Positions 49,052 through 62,844 of a DNA stretch of 64,000 nt are shown here, one piece after another. Made by a program: the position numbers and the translations under genes. Every line of letters starts with the position of its first letter. Within the stretch, counting starts at the first letter, position 1. The DNA comes from an uncultured Desulfosarcina sp. (GTDB taxonomy: Bacteria > Desulfobacterota > Desulfobacteria > Desulfobacterales > Desulfosarcinaceae): contig CAXXWQ010000004.1 in assembly GCA_963674945.2 (NCBI GenBank), positions 1-64,000 on the forward strand, in the 5' to 3' direction. Under the pieces are notes generated by a model. It was not told the origin of the DNA, made no database searches, and worked only from the letters and a program-made list of their open reading frames with translations.

Positions 49052-50344
49052 TTAGTCGGTAGGCCATGGCACTGCGTCTGGATCTGTGGGTGCCTTGTAC
49101 TGCTCCAACATGGCCTCACCCCAGACACGCTTTCCTTCAAGGGTTCCGACGACATCGGCACCGCCCTCCCAAAGACCGTTGATGGCGATGGTCGCTTTAT
49201 ACACCTCCTGGTCTTCGGCCCGGGCCGTGATGACGAGATCCGCACCGCGCGAAGGAGCGGTCAGACGTACCTTGGTGGCAAACTCAATCCCGGTGCGAGG
49301 CGAAGTCCAGAATTCCAATGGCTCCAACGTCCAGTCCTCTTGTTCTGTGAGAGTGAAGTCTGCGCAATAAGGTGGCGGTCCCACTTCACTCCAGTAGTGT
49401 TGCGGGTGGCCGCTGATGTTGTAGAAGTTATCCCACGCATTAATGGTCGTTGTCGTTAGATTGCACGGAATCTTTCTGCCGCGTTTGTCGAGACAGCCCT
49501 TGATCTGGATGGCCGTCCAGTGCCAACGCTGGTTATGCAGCAGTGCCGGTTTGTCAAAAAGCCATTCACGATCGTCCCATGCGCTGCCATATACATCGTA
49601 TGTGGTACCTTTGTATGTCACCGTTCCCCACGAGGCGAGATAGGAGCGCGCCCAGTAGTACTTCAGGACATCATCGTAGCCGTCAATGCCGGGATAGTTC
49701 GGCCGTTTGAGCGACTCTTCCTGGGTGTGAATTTCGATCTGCCCATCCGTCGAAACGAAGTCGGTGGACATATTCGTTCCGCCGGCACCCACGGTTTTGC
49801 CGATGAACGGAAGGTTCGGCGCGTAAAAAAATTCTCTGCCACCATCAACAATCTCGACAATGTATGGTGATTGTTCTTCGGATCCGCCCAAACCGAGATC
49901 GTAACAATTTTCGCACGGGCTAAACTCTCCGGGAGCGGCGTAAAAGTAATGGAGATAGTCGTTATCCGGCCCCAGGATTGAAACCCACAGCATTTTATTC
50001 CAACCCCCGCCATCTTCCTGAATGGCGGCATATGTCTGGAATCCGTCGATCCGAACCGGTTTGCACCGGCCCTTTCCTTTGCCGAGAGGAATGGCCGTCC
50101 AGTGCCACACTTTGTAGGTCGATTCCTGGCCGTTCCCGCGTGAATTCAAGTTCACCTTGTCGGGGTCGCCGGTCCACTGACCGGGATAGTGGTAGGCATC
50201 GTCGGTGGGCAACGAGATATTTGCCGACTCTGGGTTGCGATTGAATATGCACATATTGAATTCATCCGAGGCATATCCTGACACCGCCAACAAGATGCTC
50301 ACTGCCACCAAGGACACGATCCTGCTGTAATGCTTACTTCCCAT
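49052..50344 (-). CDS. Secreted AttH/CrtC-like double-barrel (lipocalin-like) protein
   Basis: Signal peptide; LPTDDAYH, SAWDDREW, WHW, WTSPRTG, EDQE, WEG..V.G..G.A.LE pattern. Confidence 0.72.
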   Translation of the reverse strand: MGSKHYSRIVSLVAVSILLAVSGYASDEFNMCIFNRNPESANISLPTDDAYHYPGQWTGDPDKVNLNSRGNGQESTYKVWHWTAIPLGKGKGRCKPVRIDGFQTYAAIQEDGGGWNKMLWVSILGPDNDYLHYFYAAPGEFSPCENCYDLGLGGSEEQSPYIVEIVDGGREFFYAPNLPFIGKTVGAGGTNMSTDFVSTDGQIEIHTQEESLKRPNYPGIDGYDDVLKYYWARSYLASWGTVTYKGTTYDVYGSAWDDREWLFDKPALLHNQRWHWTAIQIKGCLDKRGRKIPCNLTTTTINAWDNFYNISGHPQHYWSEVGPPPYCADFTLTEQEDWTLEPLEFWTSPRTGIEFATKVRLTAPSRGADLVITARAEDQEVYKATIAINGLWEGGADVVGTLEGKRVWGEAMLEQYKAPTDPDAVPWPTD

Positions 50345-51092
50345 AATATCCTCCTTTATATGAAAGTAATAAAAACCAGACCACGAGTTGCTGCTTGGAA
50401 TCTGGGCTGGCTGGTATCACAAAGTTATGTTTTGCAGATTTCGTTCTTTTTCCACTGCAAGGCTGTTAACGTCTGTACGGATTTTTCGAACATCCAGACT
50501 ATGTATCGGGCCATATTACAACAAAAAAGTACTTTCGCGACAGTACGAACCCGCATCTCAGTTTGAAATCCTCATACTTTCACATAAAAGAACACGAGCA
50601 TTCGGCCAAATCAAAAATAACCAAATTATCTCACTACTCTTGAAACACTAGCGTATTTTTTAAGAATTCTTAAATCAGATAGGTTTAAGTGTCAATATTA
50701 AAAAAGCGCAATTCTATGAGAGGACAATGCTTATGAGCAAATCCTTATTCTGTATAACCAATTGTTAATTAAGTGTATTTTTAGAAAAAAACAATTACCA
50801 AATCATCTCACTGTTAGAAAGAGAAAAAAATAACAAAGTTATGAGATTTTTGGATGGAGTATGAGCATCTCGATATATAACAGACTCGTTATAATCGTAA
50901 CATATTTGAATTGTAATAGAAAACTGCCTGAGATTTTACCCGCAACCTTTCTATTTCTCAAAAAAATCTTGTTGGTTCCACGATCAACCATCGCACTATC
51001 ACATGAGTCACGAACGGGTATCACCACATAAACATGTTCGCCTGCAATCCCTCGGTCCGCACCCGATCCTCCAGGGATTCAGCATGTACGAC

Positions 51093-54317
<3,225 letters not shown>

Positions 54318-54725
54318 TTTCCCTCCTGGTAAGGTCGTTGGCGACGATGGTCTCTATGCTGTAGGATGTCACTGAAAGATAAATTTTGTTAGATAAATTA
54401 AGTTAAAATGAAAAACAAGCCCAAAATTTAAATCCACCTGCATAACAGATGAAACCTGTCATGTATCTGGAAGATGAATCGTTCATACAATCCAATTCCT
54501 GGAGACGCTTTTTTTTCAATTCAATTCTGTTCATTCTTGACGTGAAGATCTGCCCGATCGTGACGAACCGGCTATCCTCCATGACCTGCGCCCCACATTC
54601 CATGTGTGGAAGCCTTGCGCAAAGTTTTTTTCTACGCTATTCATTTTATCATATCATCGATTGGAAAGGCGACCCCTTCGTACTTTGATGTTACAATCAA
54701 CGTACGGTGAGCAGACGAATACCCC

Positions 54726-55553
54726 ATGGGGGCAACAAACCTTTCCCAAAAGCAAAACCGGACAGAAAAAATGAAGGCCCAACTCCGATTATCTGCATTG
54801 AAGTCATGGTTTAACGATTATGTCAGCCACTTTATTTCCGAAGATCCGGTCGTTCAGGAAAATTTCGATCTGAAGGCGGAGCACACCCGCAGGGTTTGTG
54901 AGATCACAAGAGACATCGGGAACAGTCTGAACTTATCCGCTGAAGATATCTGCCTGGCCGAGATGAATGCCCTGTTACACGACATCGGCCGTTTTGAGCA
55001 ATACCGTCAATACCGGACTTTTTTTGATTACCGCTCTGAAAATCATGCATCCCTTGGCGTAAAAATCCTCCGGGACGAACGCCCTTTGGAGAAAATTGCA
55101 CCAGACCTCGCCGAAATGATTCTGAAGGTAGTGGGATACCATAATCGGGTGGATCTTCCATCGGGAGAAGATGAGCGCTGCCTCTTCTTCCTCAAGCTTC
55201 TCAGAGATGCGGACAAGGTTGATATCTGGCATGTCGTCACGGAATATTACCAGAAATCCGACAAAAACCGTAACCCGGGCATTGAGCTTGATCTGCCCGA
55301 TGAGGACCGTATCTCGGATTCGGTCCATGACGCTTTGATGAACGGGAAATTGGTCCGGTCCTCCGAGCTTACTACCTTAAATGATTTTAAATTACTACAG
55401 CTCGGATGGATCTATGATCTGAATTTTCCCCGGACATTTCAGATCGTCCGGGAGCGAAGGTACCTGGAAAAAATCCGAAAGGCCCTCCCCCGAAACGCCC
55501 GACGTGTGTCGGAGGTCTATGACCGGGTCAGTAAATACCTGACGGCTTCGTAA
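54726..55553 (+). CDS. HD-domain metal-dependent phosphohydrolase
   Basis: KAEHT, LLHDIGRFEQ, NHA, YHN, RDADKVD; start may be ATG 54771. Confidence 0.88.
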   Translation: MGATNLSQKQNRTEKMKAQLRLSALKSWFNDYVSHFISEDPVVQENFDLKAEHTRRVCEITRDIGNSLNLSAEDICLAEMNALLHDIGRFEQYRQYRTFFDYRSENHASLGVKILRDERPLEKIAPDLAEMILKVVGYHNRVDLPSGEDERCLFFLKLLRDADKVDIWHVVTEYYQKSDKNRNPGIELDLPDEDRISDSVHDALMNGKLVRSSELTTLNDFKLLQLGWIYDLNFPRTFQIVRERRYLEKIRKALPRNARRVSEVYDRVSKYLTAS

Positions 55554-55663
55554 AAAGTCTGATATCCGCGTTACGCTTCTCCCTCGTCACTGCGGCGTGC
55601 TCTATGTACGCCTCATTCCTCGAAACTCGCAAGCCTCGATCTCGAACTTTTTACGAAGCCGTC
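55541..55663. repeat. 123-bp MITE/REP-like element with perfect 18-bp terminal inverted repeats
   Basis: GACGGCTTCGTAAAAAGT (55541-55558) and ACTTTTTACGAAGCCGTC (55646-55663); internal hairpin GGCGTGC/GTACGCC. Confidence 0.8.
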
Positions 55664-55682
55664 CCACCCATCTGACGGTTTT

Positions 55683-56903
55683 TCAGTAGGATCCTTTTTG
55701 CGTCAATATCTCTAAAAAGGCATCTACTTTGTTGTTGATATCCGATTCAGAGTACAGTCTCTGGTCGCAACTGTCGCCTTCGAGAACGGTCGCCGGTATC
55801 CCCCTCTTTTTCTTGACAGCGCGTATCATGTCTTCTTGCCCCATATTGGACGCATGGCAAAATCGCGTTCTTTGCATCAGCATTCCATCCAGCGCGTATT
55901 CCTCTGCAAGTCCGTTCAACCATTCTGTTTTCCACCGCAGGCTTCGGTTTCCCGGAATAAAGAACATACTCTCGACAATGGTTTCCAGGGGTCTTTCGGG
56001 ATCCAGTTCCGGATATCCACGGTTGAAGAAAGCCCCGGAAATCACCGGAACCACCCCCTCGGCGGCAAGCCGATCGGCCACCGCCGCAAAAGGAGCATTG
56101 TCCCAGTACAGTCGGTATTTTTCTTCGGCGATCGCTCCAATTTTACGATCTATCCTGTCGCTGAGTTCATCCTTCAACGCCTGATAATAGGCCGCGGATT
56201 CGTGAGATCCTCTGTCCAGATAGAAAGGATAAATTTGTGAGATTCCATCGAAGGCGGACATGGGAGTGGGAATGTTCCGGCACATCTCCACTGCATCCCG
56301 CCAGAGTTGTGAGACCTTTTTTTCGAGAGCGATGTTTTCCTGGAGTCGTTCATAGTTGAAGGGCCTTCCGGTGAATTTCTCCAGAAAAACAATTATTTCT
56401 TGCAGTTCTTCAACACCCCCCTGAACCAGATATCCGATCTCGTCACCTTCGAGTTCGTCGTGGTATCGCGGTTTCTCCATGACCAGCATGGGGGCATCGT
56501 AATAGCGGCTCATCCGGTCGTATGCATTCACGATGGAAGGACAAGAAGGCATAGTAAAGACAATATCCGGTTTGGGCAGGCCGCCCATGGGAAGCCCATC
56601 GGGAACGGAATCTCCAAAGACGATCCCCAGTGAGCCTTTGAGCGTGGAACAAAGGTCCAAGGAATAACCACAGGATTCAGCCTGTTTGCATAACTCCGTG
56701 CCAAAGCCCATGCCGCCACACACGGCCCCATATGATTCGACAAAAAAGGTTTCCATGTCCATGGCTTTGAAGATTGCGGAAGGCGCCAGCGAGGAACACC
56801 AGACAACCGGTTTTCCTTCCTTGCGCTCCTCAAGGACACGCTGAATATAGTTGATCATAAACTCAGGCAGTTTCGCATTCATCTGTAGTGCTTGCGTTGT
56901 CAT
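55683..56903 (-). CDS. 2-hydroxyacyl-CoA dehydratase / class I aryl-CoA reductase subunit (BcrB/BzdO-like)
   Basis: GKPVVW, GYSLDLCS, LPKPD, EKYRLYW, RFCH, LEGD..D.R. Confidence 0.82.
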   Translation of the reverse strand: MTTQALQMNAKLPEFMINYIQRVLEERKEGKPVVWCSSLAPSAIFKAMDMETFFVESYGAVCGGMGFGTELCKQAESCGYSLDLCSTLKGSLGIVFGDSVPDGLPMGGLPKPDIVFTMPSCPSIVNAYDRMSRYYDAPMLVMEKPRYHDELEGDEIGYLVQGGVEELQEIIVFLEKFTGRPFNYERLQENIALEKKVSQLWRDAVEMCRNIPTPMSAFDGISQIYPFYLDRGSHESAAYYQALKDELSDRIDRKIGAIAEEKYRLYWDNAPFAAVADRLAAEGVVPVISGAFFNRGYPELDPERPLETIVESMFFIPGNRSLRWKTEWLNGLAEEYALDGMLMQRTRFCHASNMGQEDMIRAVKKKRGIPATVLEGDSCDQRLYSESDINNKVDAFLEILTQKGSY

Positions 56904-56905
56904 TC

Positions 56906-58048
56906 CTACCCCCTCAGCATTTCAAGAAACGCCTCGATTCTGGTTCTCACCTGCCCGGTTATACCGGTATAATCCGTTTCGATAACGAGATGCGCAATAC
57001 CTTTTTCCGAAAGCAGGCAGGTCAGGTCGGGAAGCATCATGTTCTGGTGATGACACCATTTCATCGCTACGATGATCACACCCTCGGCGTTGGCAGTCTC
57101 CGCGAGGGTTGAAACATACATGGCCCAATTGTTCTTTGCGGAGTATTTGGTCGGGCACGGGATATCGGTCAAGTACCGCTCAACCAGAGCGTTCATCGGG
57201 CTGAGGCTTTCGTCGACAGGTGTCGAAAAATATCTTTTTCCGACATATAAATCGTCATCGATCACCTCCGCTCCGGCATCTTCCAACAGGTCCAGAAGGT
57301 CTTTTTCCGGAATATCACAGAAATATCCGGACATGATCAGCCTGGATTTATCGTTCGGCGAAGAAGGAATCGCTTCTAGACGATCGATAAACTGTGACAA
57401 AAGCCGGCAGTGTTCTTCCTTGGGCATCAACATGCCTGCGGCGACGATTGTAGCGACATCCCATGCCCGCAGGTGTTGTGGCTTCGTCTTTCTGAGCTCA
57501 TAGAGCCTGTGGAGCAATTTCCGATGAATGTTGTAAAGTGATATGCTCTTTTGCAGCGATTCGTCATCGATATCCCGGCCGGCCAGTCTTTCCAGTGCCG
57601 ATTTGAGTCGATCGAACCCATGGGAGAGGTATTTCCTGGCGTTGACACCGTCCATGTTCGTAGGCACCAGAAAATGGTGATGTGAGCCCGAGGGTTCGTT
57701 CAATGACCATGAGTCGGATACCGCATCCCACGTATAGCAACAGTCCGAGAAGACGAGCAGGTCCATGAAATCGAATCTGCCCTGAAGGCCCATATCGAAA
57801 TTGCTACGCGTCGAATGGCAAAAGTAGGGGTGATTGTGTTTGTCGGCCTGAAGAATATCTTCGTTGCCGCCCAAAAGCACGACCGGTAACATACCGGCCG
57901 CGTCGATGATCTCCTCAGGCACATACATCGGCGTACAACCGACCACCTTTTTACCGGTCTTTTTCTTCCACTCGGCCAAATGTACATAAGGGTTTTCAAC
58001 GATCGACGCAAACTGATGCAGTATTTTTTGCATACTCCTCCTTACCAT
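56906..58048 (-). CDS. 2-hydroxyacyl-CoA dehydratase / class I aryl-CoA reductase subunit (BcrC/BzdN-like)
   Basis: VVGCTPMYVPEEII.AAG, FCH, DCC, DDDL..G.RY, KWC, GQVRTRIEAFLE. Confidence 0.82.
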   Translation of the reverse strand: MVRRSMQKILHQFASIVENPYVHLAEWKKKTGKKVVGCTPMYVPEEIIDAAGMLPVVLLGGNEDILQADKHNHPYFCHSTRSNFDMGLQGRFDFMDLLVFSDCCYTWDAVSDSWSLNEPSGSHHHFLVPTNMDGVNARKYLSHGFDRLKSALERLAGRDIDDESLQKSISLYNIHRKLLHRLYELRKTKPQHLRAWDVATIVAAGMLMPKEEHCRLLSQFIDRLEAIPSSPNDKSRLIMSGYFCDIPEKDLLDLLEDAGAEVIDDDLYVGKRYFSTPVDESLSPMNALVERYLTDIPCPTKYSAKNNWAMYVSTLAETANAEGVIIVAMKWCHHQNMMLPDLTCLLSEKGIAHLVIETDYTGITGQVRTRIEAFLEMLRG

Positions 58049-58078
58049 GACAGAATGCTTGAAAAAACTGAGAAAAAA

Positions 58079-58861
58079 TCATTTTGCCGCATTCACTCTA
58101 TCCCTGGCGAGAAATGCCGCTCCAAGGGCCGCCGTGATTTGAGATGCTTCCGGTACAGACAGTTGAAAGCCCAACCGATCTTCAACACTTTTTACCAGAC
58201 CGATATCCTTCGCCACACCGCCGGTAATGACAAACTCCGGCTCTTTGCCGACCCTGTCTACGAGATTGAGCACTTTTGCCGCTATGGCCGCATGAACACC
58301 TGCCAGTATATCCTCTTTTCGCTCACCTTCGGCAATTCGGGAAATCACTTCCGACTCCGTAAAGACCGCACAACCCGTGGTGAATTGGACAACTTTGTTC
58401 GACCGCAGCGAATGCGGGCCCAATTCCGAAAAGGGTAGATCCAGCACCCGCGCGATGATCTGCAGAAACCTGCCGCTACCCGCAGCGCACCGTTCGCTGA
58501 CCGCAAAATCGCAAACGATTCCTTTTGCATCCAGTTTCGTTACATTGGTCGATTGACCACCCATATCGATTATCGTTCGGACGCAAGGAAAGAGATGACG
58601 TACACCCCTTGCCTGACAGGTGATTTCAGTTACAGGTTTTGAGGCGCCCGATACATTTTCGGCCCCGCAACCGGTTGGCAGTATCAGAGAAATATCCTGC
58701 CTCGTAAGACCGGACTTTTGAAGGGTTTCATTCAATACCGTCTTTGCGGTATCCCGATAATTTTTTCCCGAAGGCATGATCGCATAGGAGATAACGGTAT
58801 CTCCGAGGATCAGGGCTTTGGAAAACACGGATCCGATATCTATCCCGATCACATAATTCAT
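58079..58861 (-). CDS. ASKHA-fold ATP-dependent activase subunit (BcrD/BzdP-like, divergent)
   Basis: GIDIGS, EITCQARG, DMGGQ, ERCAAGSGRF, CAVFTESE, TGGVA. Confidence 0.85.
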   Translation of the reverse strand: MNYVIGIDIGSVFSKALILGDTVISYAIMPSGKNYRDTAKTVLNETLQKSGLTRQDISLILPTGCGAENVSGASKPVTEITCQARGVRHLFPCVRTIIDMGGQSTNVTKLDAKGIVCDFAVSERCAAGSGRFLQIIARVLDLPFSELGPHSLRSNKVVQFTTGCAVFTESEVISRIAEGERKEDILAGVHAAIAAKVLNLVDRVGKEPEFVITGGVAKDIGLVKSVEDRLGFQLSVPEASQITAALGAAFLARDRVNAAK

Positions 58862-58898
58862 TCGTTTTCTCGAAGAATGTTCTGAAATCAGTTGTATA

Positions 58899-59741
58899 TT
58901 ACATGAAAAAGGTCACCTCTTCTAAACGTCGCTCACTCGATTCAAGCGGTTTTCCCTTCTCAATTGCTCTTTGCACCAGTTCACGCCCCAAAAGAGCAGC
59001 ACCAACGGCTCCTGTCAGCAGTGGTTCGGAAGGTATCAGCGGTTGAACGCCCAACCTATCCGCGAAGGCTTTGGCCAGGCCTTTGCTTTTTGCGCCACCA
59101 CCGGTGAGTACGATGTCTTTCTCAATCCGAAGCCTCTCGGCCATTCCCATGATCCGGTTGGCGCTGGCTTCGAATATCCCGGAAGCGACATCTTCGATGG
59201 CCGCGCCCCTTGTAAGATGGGTGACGATCTCCTGCTCGGCGAACACGGTGCAAACGCTGCTGACACGGACCTTACTGGTTGACTTCATCGCCAGTTCCGA
59301 CATCTCATCAATGCTCAATTCGAGTGTGTCCGCAATGACCTCCAGGAACCGGCCGGTACCGGCAGCACACTTATCGTTCATAACGAAGTCGATCACCTTT
59401 CCATTGGCCAGCTTCATTGCCTTTGCGTCTTGGCCCCCCACTTCGATGATCGTGCGGACCGAAGGAAAAAGGCTGTACACCCCACGGCTATGGCAGGTGA
59501 TCTCTGTTATCTGTTTATCCGCAAACGGCACATTGATGCGACCATATCCGGTGGCAACCACATAAGCCACCTCCTTAAAGGATATCTTTGCCTGATCCAG
59601 AGCCTTCTTCATCACCACATTGGCAAGACGACGATGCTCCGCTCCGGTAGGGCCGATAACATAAGTCATGACGGCATCATCCATGAGAACAACTTTGGTC
59701 ATGGTTGATCCGATATCCACACCTGCAGTGATGTGTTTCAT
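58899..59741 (-). CDS. ASKHA-fold ATP-dependent activase subunit (BcrA/BzdQ/HgdC-like)
   Basis: GVDIGST, TGYGR, EITCH, NDKCAAGTGRF, CTVFAE, TGG. Confidence 0.88.
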   Translation of the reverse strand: MKHITAGVDIGSTMTKVVLMDDAVMTYVIGPTGAEHRRLANVVMKKALDQAKISFKEVAYVVATGYGRINVPFADKQITEITCHSRGVYSLFPSVRTIIEVGGQDAKAMKLANGKVIDFVMNDKCAAGTGRFLEVIADTLELSIDEMSELAMKSTSKVRVSSVCTVFAEQEIVTHLTRGAAIEDVASGIFEASANRIMGMAERLRIEKDIVLTGGGAKSKGLAKAFADRLGVQPLIPSEPLLTGAVGAALLGRELVQRAIEKGKPLESSERRLEEVTFFM

Positions 59742-60044
59742 TCTACTGCATGTCCATGCTTTTGCTTTTCATAATTTTTAAATAGGCAAGCCGTCATGCG
59801 TTCCCACGAATCCCGAATTTTTAATATCAAATCTAAATATTGCAATCAACCCACTCCCGTCACAGTAATTAGGAAACATATCACATCGAAGCAATTGTTT
59901 ACCGAACCATTCATCATCCGCGAGCATGGCTCGGGAACCCTTACATCCATTCGGATGGGCATTTCCGAAAATTGAAATTATCTATAGTGTTTTTTTTGAT
60001 TCATCCAAATTACAAATTGGACTTTTTATATATTCCGTGAAATA

Positions 60045-60063
60045 TGAAATGATACTCATTATT
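60045..60063. promoter_or_regulatory. Possible Fur/PerR-type box upstream of the peroxiredoxin
   Basis: TGAAATGATACTCATTATT, 14/19 match to GATAATGATAATCATTATC, with AATGA-N3-TCATT dyad. Confidence 0.3.
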
Positions 60064-60220
60064 ATATCATGTCACCCAAGGAGAGTAGAAGGAACCAACC
60101 AATTTCCCTGGGCGGTGCTGGTCTTTCATTACTTGTAACCGGACGCGGATTGGCATAAACGTGTTCTGTTTGCCATCGAAAGGCCTATATCGATTACAAA
60201 CCCAAAAAAGGAGAGGAAAA

Positions 60221-60871
60221 ATGGAAGAGACAAAAAATAGTCTGCCATTGCTTGGAGACAAATTTCCTGATTTGAAGGTTCAAACAACCCATGGGCCGAT
60301 GAATATTCCCGGCGACCTAAAAGGCAAGTGGTTTGTGTTTTTCAGCCACCCCGCTGACTTTACGCCGGTTTGCACCACGGAATTTGTCGCCTTTCAAAAA
60401 CGGTACGAGCAGTTTGAAGCGCTCGGTTGCCAGTTGATTGGAATGTCCATCGATCAGGTATTTTCGCACATCAAATGGGTCCAATGGATTAAAGCGGAAC
60501 TGGACATAGAGATAAAATTTCCCATTGTCGCCGCTAACGATGCTGTGGCCATGAAGCTCGGAATGCTGCATCCCGGTAAAGGTACGAACACTGTACGGGC
60601 CGTATTCATCGGAGACCCGGCAGGGAAAATTCGTTTGATCATGTACTATCCACAGGAAATCGGACGCAACATGGATGAAATTGTCCGCGTGGTCAAAGCG
60701 CTTCAAATCGCGGACAAACAGGGCGCTGTGGCGGCAGGATGGCCGAATAACGAGCTCATCGGAGACCGGATCATTGTGCCTCCACCAACCAATGAGGCGG
60801 ATGCCGCAAAACGATCGGGTCAATACGAGTGCTATGACTGGTGGTTTTGCCACAAGCCGCTGGAAAAATAA
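60221..60871 (+). CDS. Peroxiredoxin (Prx6-type)
   Basis: [23 protein letters not shown]-terminal CYDWWFC; RBS AAGGAGAGG before ATG 60221. Confidence 0.93.
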   Translation: MEETKNSLPLLGDKFPDLKVQTTHGPMNIPGDLKGKWFVFFSHPADFTPVCTTEFVAFQKRYEQFEALGCQLIGMSIDQVFSHIKWVQWIKAELDIEIKFPIVAANDAVAMKLGMLHPGKGTNTVRAVFIGDPAGKIRLIMYYPQEIGRNMDEIVRVVKALQIADKQGAVAAGWPNNELIGDRIIVPPPTNEADAAKRSGQYECYDWWFCHKPLEK

Positions 60872-60873
60872 GG

Positions 60874-62472
60874 ATGGGACATTCCTTACGAAACAAGGTG
60901 TTTCCCATCAATGCGCTCCCCTCTTTTCAAATGGTTGAGGCCGGGATCGACGACATTTCCTGGAATGCCGATATCAAATTTGAGGCCGTAAAAAAGTATT
61001 ATCAGCAGGTGGATGCCGATATCCTGTTCTACTTCAGCGATATCGCCATTCAGGCGGAGGCCATGGGTGCGAAGGTGTGTTTTTCACCCGATGCCATGCC
61101 GTCCGTGGAGATGCCCGGCAGTTCCGTTAATGTTGTCCCACCTGCAACGGTTCCCAGGATGGCGGTCAATGCCCAGGTCCTGAAGCGTATGGCAAAGGAG
61201 TTTCCGGACAGGACCCTGTCCACCATGGTGTACGGCCCCTTCACCGTGGCCGGGCAATTGGCCGGGGAACAGGAACTTCTTCGGGGAATTGTGGAAAGGC
61301 CGGGAGAAGTCCTTGATCTGATGGAAAAATGCCTGGCCTGCGCCCGGGATTACGGCCGCTATCTTCTGGACGCGGGGGCCGAGGTCTTCTGGATTTCAGA
61401 CCCCCTGGCGGCCCTGCTGCCGCCCGACAGCTTCTGGCGGTTTGCAGGAGAATTTTTGGCCCGTCTTTATGACATCCATCCAACGGAACCCACGGTCCTT
61501 CATATCTGTGGGGACACCTCACAGATCCTCAAGGACATGGTCAAGACCGGAGTCCGGGCCATCAGTTTTGATCAGTGTATGGACCTTCTGGCCTATGAAG
61601 ACATTGTTCCGGAATCGGTGGGCATTGTCGGCAATATCGATCCAGTGGAGATCATCGAACTGGCCCCGCCCGAAGAGGTGGCGGCAAGTACGAAGGACCT
61701 GGTGGCCACCATGGGCGTAAAGGATAATTTTATCTTGAGCACCGGTTGTGCCCTTCCGCCGGGAACCCCCATTGCAAATGTAGTGCGTTTCATTGAGACG
61801 GGCAAAAGGGCCTTGTCCGAACTTACGCCCCATGCCCAAACCCTTTCCCGGCTGTCCGACGCGGTCCACCGGGGAAAACGCGAAACCGTGTCGGCGTTGG
61901 TCTCAACGTCCCTGAAAGAAGAGACAGACCCTCTCATGATCGTCAATTCAGCCCTGATGCGGGCGGTGCGCAAAGGCAGTGCCTGTTATGAGTCACGGCA
62001 GTCCTTCCTGCCGGAGATTCTTTTGATGGTGGATGCCTTTTACCAGGGATTCCGCACATTGGAACCGCACCTGGGCGCCGCGGGAGACCGGCCGCCCCAG
62101 GTGATTCTCGGAACGGTCAAGGGGGATTTCCACGAGATCGGCAAGAATCTGGTCAGGATCATTCTGGAAACCAATGGTGTAAAGGTGCTTGACCTGGGCG
62201 TCAATGTCCCGGCCGGGGACTTTCTTGCGGCCGTCAACACTTATGAGGCACCTGTGGTAGGATTATCCGCTTTTATCACCGGCGCCCGCAAGCAATTGGT
62301 CGAGATTGTCAACAACTTCAACCGGTCCGATGTCCGTCCGGTTTCCATTATTGTGGGCGGGGCAGCGGTCAACCCGCAGATCGCCGCTTCCATCGGAACG
62401 CAGGGGTATGCCCGCGATGCCGTGGGGGCCGTAAAACTGGTCAAGGACATCTTGGGAAAAACCAACGGGTAA
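60874..62472 (+). CDS. URO-D/MtaA-type methyltransferase fused to a C-terminal cobalamin-binding domain (CmuA-like architecture)
   Basis: EAMG, GPFT, Zn ligands LHICG and STGC, GNIDP; then cap domain and GTVKGDFHEIGKN (DxHxxG) and VGGA. Confidence 0.85.
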   Translation: MGHSLRNKVFPINALPSFQMVEAGIDDISWNADIKFEAVKKYYQQVDADILFYFSDIAIQAEAMGAKVCFSPDAMPSVEMPGSSVNVVPPATVPRMAVNAQVLKRMAKEFPDRTLSTMVYGPFTVAGQLAGEQELLRGIVERPGEVLDLMEKCLACARDYGRYLLDAGAEVFWISDPLAALLPPDSFWRFAGEFLARLYDIHPTEPTVLHICGDTSQILKDMVKTGVRAISFDQCMDLLAYEDIVPESVGIVGNIDPVEIIELAPPEEVAASTKDLVATMGVKDNFILSTGCALPPGTPIANVVRFIETGKRALSELTPHAQTLSRLSDAVHRGKRETVSALVSTSLKEETDPLMIVNSALMRAVRKGSACYESRQSFLPEILLMVDAFYQGFRTLEPHLGAAGDRPPQVILGTVKGDFHEIGKNLVRIILETNGVKVLDLGVNVPAGDFLAAVNTYEAPVVGLSAFITGARKQLVEIVNNFNRSDVRPVSIIVGGAAVNPQIAASIGTQGYARDAVGAVKLVKDILGKTNG

Positions 62473-62481
62473 GAGGGCGTC

Positions 62482-62844
62482 ATGGCAGGAGAGATACCGC
62501 GACTCACGGAAAAAGTCCTGAAATATCTTCAGATTGAAAAGGACTCTCTCGCCATGGAACAGACCGCACGACTCTGGAACGAGGCCCATCAGCTGCTGGA
62601 TGTGCGGCGTTGGCGCCATCTGCTTCCCGTGAATGAATTTTTTCTCCTTTTTCATTCACACGCCCGGCAAAACAAGGCCATTACCCGGCTGCTGGCCGAG
62701 GCCCATCAGGTTTGGCTCATGGCCGTGAGCCTGGGGGATGACCTGGAACGACGTTCCCGGGATTATTTTGCACAAAACGAGACGTTCTCCGGGTACATTC
62801 TGGACCGCATGGGAAGCTATCTCGTGGAAGGGGAGATGATGTAA
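62482..62844 (+). pseudogene. Truncated MetH-activation-domain-like protein
   Basis: LMAVSLG..LE....YILDRMGSYLVE matches the first half of this family; stops before the usual RFSPGY segment. Confidence 0.55.
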
